Shown here: piece by piece, positions 61,194 through 64,000 of the stretch
Layout: each line of letters begins with the position of its first letter
How positions within the stretch are numbered: the stretch's first letter is position 1
Assembly (NCBI RefSeq): GCF_022045235.1
Contig: NW_027266272.1
Coordinates: 29,760,001 to 29,824,000, forward strand
Direction of reading: 5' to 3'
Origin: Haliotis cracherodii
Taxonomy: Eukaryota
DNA: 64,000 nt
Notes under the pieces: generated by a model
What the model saw: only the letters and a program-made list of their open reading frames with translations
The model's database searches: none
What the model was told of the DNA's origin: nothing
Made by a program: the position numbers and the translations under genes

Positions 61194-63467
61194 ACAAAGT
61201 GAAGAGAATGTTGGTGTTGGTGATCCGGATGCTGTGTCTGTGGCGACATCTATTGGTGGGGACTTCAACTCCTCTCAGTCTCAGTGGGCGCTGGTGCCAC
61301 AGAACACTCTCATCACCTTCCACACCCTGCCCTTCAACTTGGAACAGATTGATGGAGCCGCTGACATCGAGTCCATTGAACAAGGTAGCCACATCACAGC
61401 CATTGAGGATGTTGCTCCAAAGCTGGAAGAATCTCTTGTTGCCCAGAACGTAATCGATGCTCAGATTGATGGCCAAGGTCATTTCCCGGGCAACACTGTT
61501 GTGGATGATGTTGTTGGAGTGCCTACAGCGACCTTCTCAGCAGTGGTGGAGGAGGCATTGGTCAAGGGGTCAGTAGAGACATCGGTTCAGGTGCAGCTTC
61601 AAGCAGGGGCTTCGGACACTCGGACTGAACCAGCAAATCTGAACAGAGAAGAGTTTACTGTAAGTTCAAAGTAGGAATGTTAACCTGAGATTAGCAAAAT
61701 AATGCTGCTGTCAAATATTTGTAGGTATCTAGCATGTCTATTGGATTATCTCATTTGTGGCAGGTATTAACAATCCCGTTACTCATCCTCTTACATTATT
61801 TTTGTACGTATATTGTCGATGGTTCTATGAAAAGGTTCAATGAAATGTTGCCTCGTTGAACTCCACTTTAACATGTTAAAGAACCTTTAACTTTTGATAC
61901 ATTAATTTACTTTTGACAGTGAAAAAGGGGGTAATATTTGTTAATTATTTATTTCAAATTATAGCAAAATTGATATGAAAATACGATCATTTTACAAACT
62001 ACCCATAATTTAGGTATGCCTTTGCCTTGATTGCCTTTATTTCCTAGGTATCACGGATATTGTTTTGATTACTTGTTTAACAGCTCAACAGCCCCCAAAG
62101 TTCACACATTGTATAACTGTATAGTATTTAAAACATTTTACTTTATTCATGTCAAGTCTGTGACTTAAATCAGCAACAACTTGACCAACAGGCATATGGG
62201 GGAAGGGAAGTAACTCAGTGACTTGTCATTCCAGAAAACCTCTTTTGTTCTATCTCTTTCCTCATCCCCGAATGCTAATACTTAAAAGACATGCTTTGAA
62301 AAAAAATATTTCTACATGTATTTCATCCACCATGACCTCAGGCTGTATCATCCAAATGGTTTTGAAAAAGAATCTGTGAACCAAATAATTTATAATGAGG
62401 CCTTGTGTAAATGATAAGCATAAAAGAAGACATGATGAAGATTATAATGTGTAACTGAGGTAACTGATGGGGGGGGGGGGGGTTGTAGCGGGGGGAGTTG
62501 CCCAATTGTTAAAGGTGTCTTATAATTCACTGTGCAGAGTTTTGAGAGTTTTGGCCCTTGGGCACACCAGAAGCCTATAATCGTAGGTTCTAACCCCTGT
62601 TAGCCTGGCCCTGATTATGTTCCTAGGTTTGTCAGCACCATACTTGTGCTTGTGGGTTTCACCAAAGTTGTAAACATCTGAAACCTGCATTACTTTGGGC
62701 CTTCCTCCCACCTTCCTTCCATGCTGTGATATAACTGGAATACTGTACAAAGCGGCTTAAAACACATCTCACTCAATGAGAGCCTTGACCGTTCCAGCCA
62801 GAGATCTTCTGTCAAGTGTCAGCTACCCTGTCCGCTGCACTGCTGCACGCTATACCAGGCAGTCACTCGGTGCTGCTAGACGAGGTGCAGGCCGATGTCC
62901 GCACTCACCTCAACATCGACAGGGAGAAGGACTACACCATCATCGGCAACGTCAGCATGTTGGTCCGTGTCTACAACAAACTGCAGGCCATGATGCCCTT
63001 CTGTACAAAAACGAGGTAAGTCTCTACAGTGATTATGAGAACCACGGGAATGGATCCAGGGGTTAGTGGAGGTTGACTGAAATGCGAGCCCTGGAGATAT
63101 AGAAGATGCATTTATGGTATCGTTACCTTAGTATTGTATCTAGCTATGAAATGCATCACAAACAAACTTACGAGTGGATTTATGGTTACAATAATCATTG
63201 TATTAGTAAGGCAAATTCATGGGATCCCAAAAGAGCTCACATTACTCTCGCTGTTTTCTGCTAAAGGATGTAATAGTAATGAATAAGATTGGCTACATAT
63301 GTATTTTGGACATGTTGTTGTCAAAGTCAATGCCAGGGTAAAAATGACTCATGATTTTTGGATCCCTTGTATGCTGTTCTGACAGCTCCTTCCCAGCTTG
63401 TGACACCTTCATTACACTCTCGGCAACATCGCTGCCGTCAGCGTGGAAGCGGCCATTACAAGAATGA
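61194..63467 (+). CDS. Exons of an unidentified protein-coding gene: 61194-61659, 62798-63015 and possibly terminal 63386-63467; start codon not located
   Basis: Acceptors ctccag, ttccag and tgacag; donors gtaagt x2. Phases chain correctly (0, then 2) to give an open frame. Composition is GC-richer and codon-like. The third exon is weaker. Confidence 0.65.
62469..62775 (+). mobile_element. SINE family 2, degenerate, intronic
   Basis: ttgcccaattgttaaagg ... ctgtgcagagtt ... gatataactggaatactg ... ctcactca. Confidence 0.75.
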
Positions 63468-64000
63468 ACTAACCCCAAATGTTGTCACGTTTATATTTTT
63501 GTGTATGTCTTTGGGAATGCCATCATTGTGCATTTTGAAAAGGTTTATGTCTGTCCAGTTTACCCAAATGAAGTTACCTTTATGTTTGTTTAATCAGGTT
63601 TGTTCGAGATTGCATAGAAATGGAAAATCTCCCAAATTTCCCCGTACATTCTTATTATTCCTATTTCATGCTAGTTGAAATGAAATAGAAATTCAAAGTT
63701 ACAAAGAAAATAATTTAGCTGGGGTTAGAGTATTCGGCGTCATGACTGTCATCACTGGCTTGTAAACATAAAGGTAATTTATTATGGAGGTCGGGATGGT
63801 CAGTGGATCAGGGGATTAGAAAATATGACAGTCTCTGGGAAGGGTCATATAAACTAATACACATTTTTGGGGAGGGTCATTTAAAACATGTACAAGGACA
63901 TGTAAAGGGACGTCCATTCCTCTACTCAACACCCCACCCTCAGACAAGTGGGGAGCATGGTTGACAGCATGAGCAAAGATCCATGCCTTGGGTCACGCAT

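Overview
Eukaryotic, repeat-rich animal genomic DNA. It is probably molluscan and possibly abalone (Haliotis); this is inferred from recalled SINE families and not verified. Host genes: (i) two diverged tandem copies of an intact 3-coding-exon orphan gene encoding a Pro/Lys-rich, probably nuclear protein (9126-10765 and 23131-24794), each followed by a 25-bp satellite and a conserved downstream block; (ii) an LRR gene with a single coding exon (51158-52402; signal peptide, LRRs, LRRCT, Ser/Thr stalk, probable GPI signal) whose candidate promoter has ISRE, NF-kB and ETS motifs plus TATA and Inr at canonical spacing; (iii) exons of an unidentified gene at 61194-63467. Mobile DNA: a nearly intact pogo-type DD35D+PHD transposon and a deleted relative, both with asymmetric ends; a 5'-truncated non-LTR LINE; two Tc1 fragments; a ~3.5 kb foldback; Academ-like, hAT-like and 9-bp-TSD MITEs; and two SINE families, one with a non-tRNA, pseudoknot-capable head. 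Nearly all long ORFs at 11-14, 17, 25-31, 34.6-36, 38-44.5 and 53.7-56 kb are tandem-repeat artefacts. No CRISPR, rRNA or true tRNA genes were seen.
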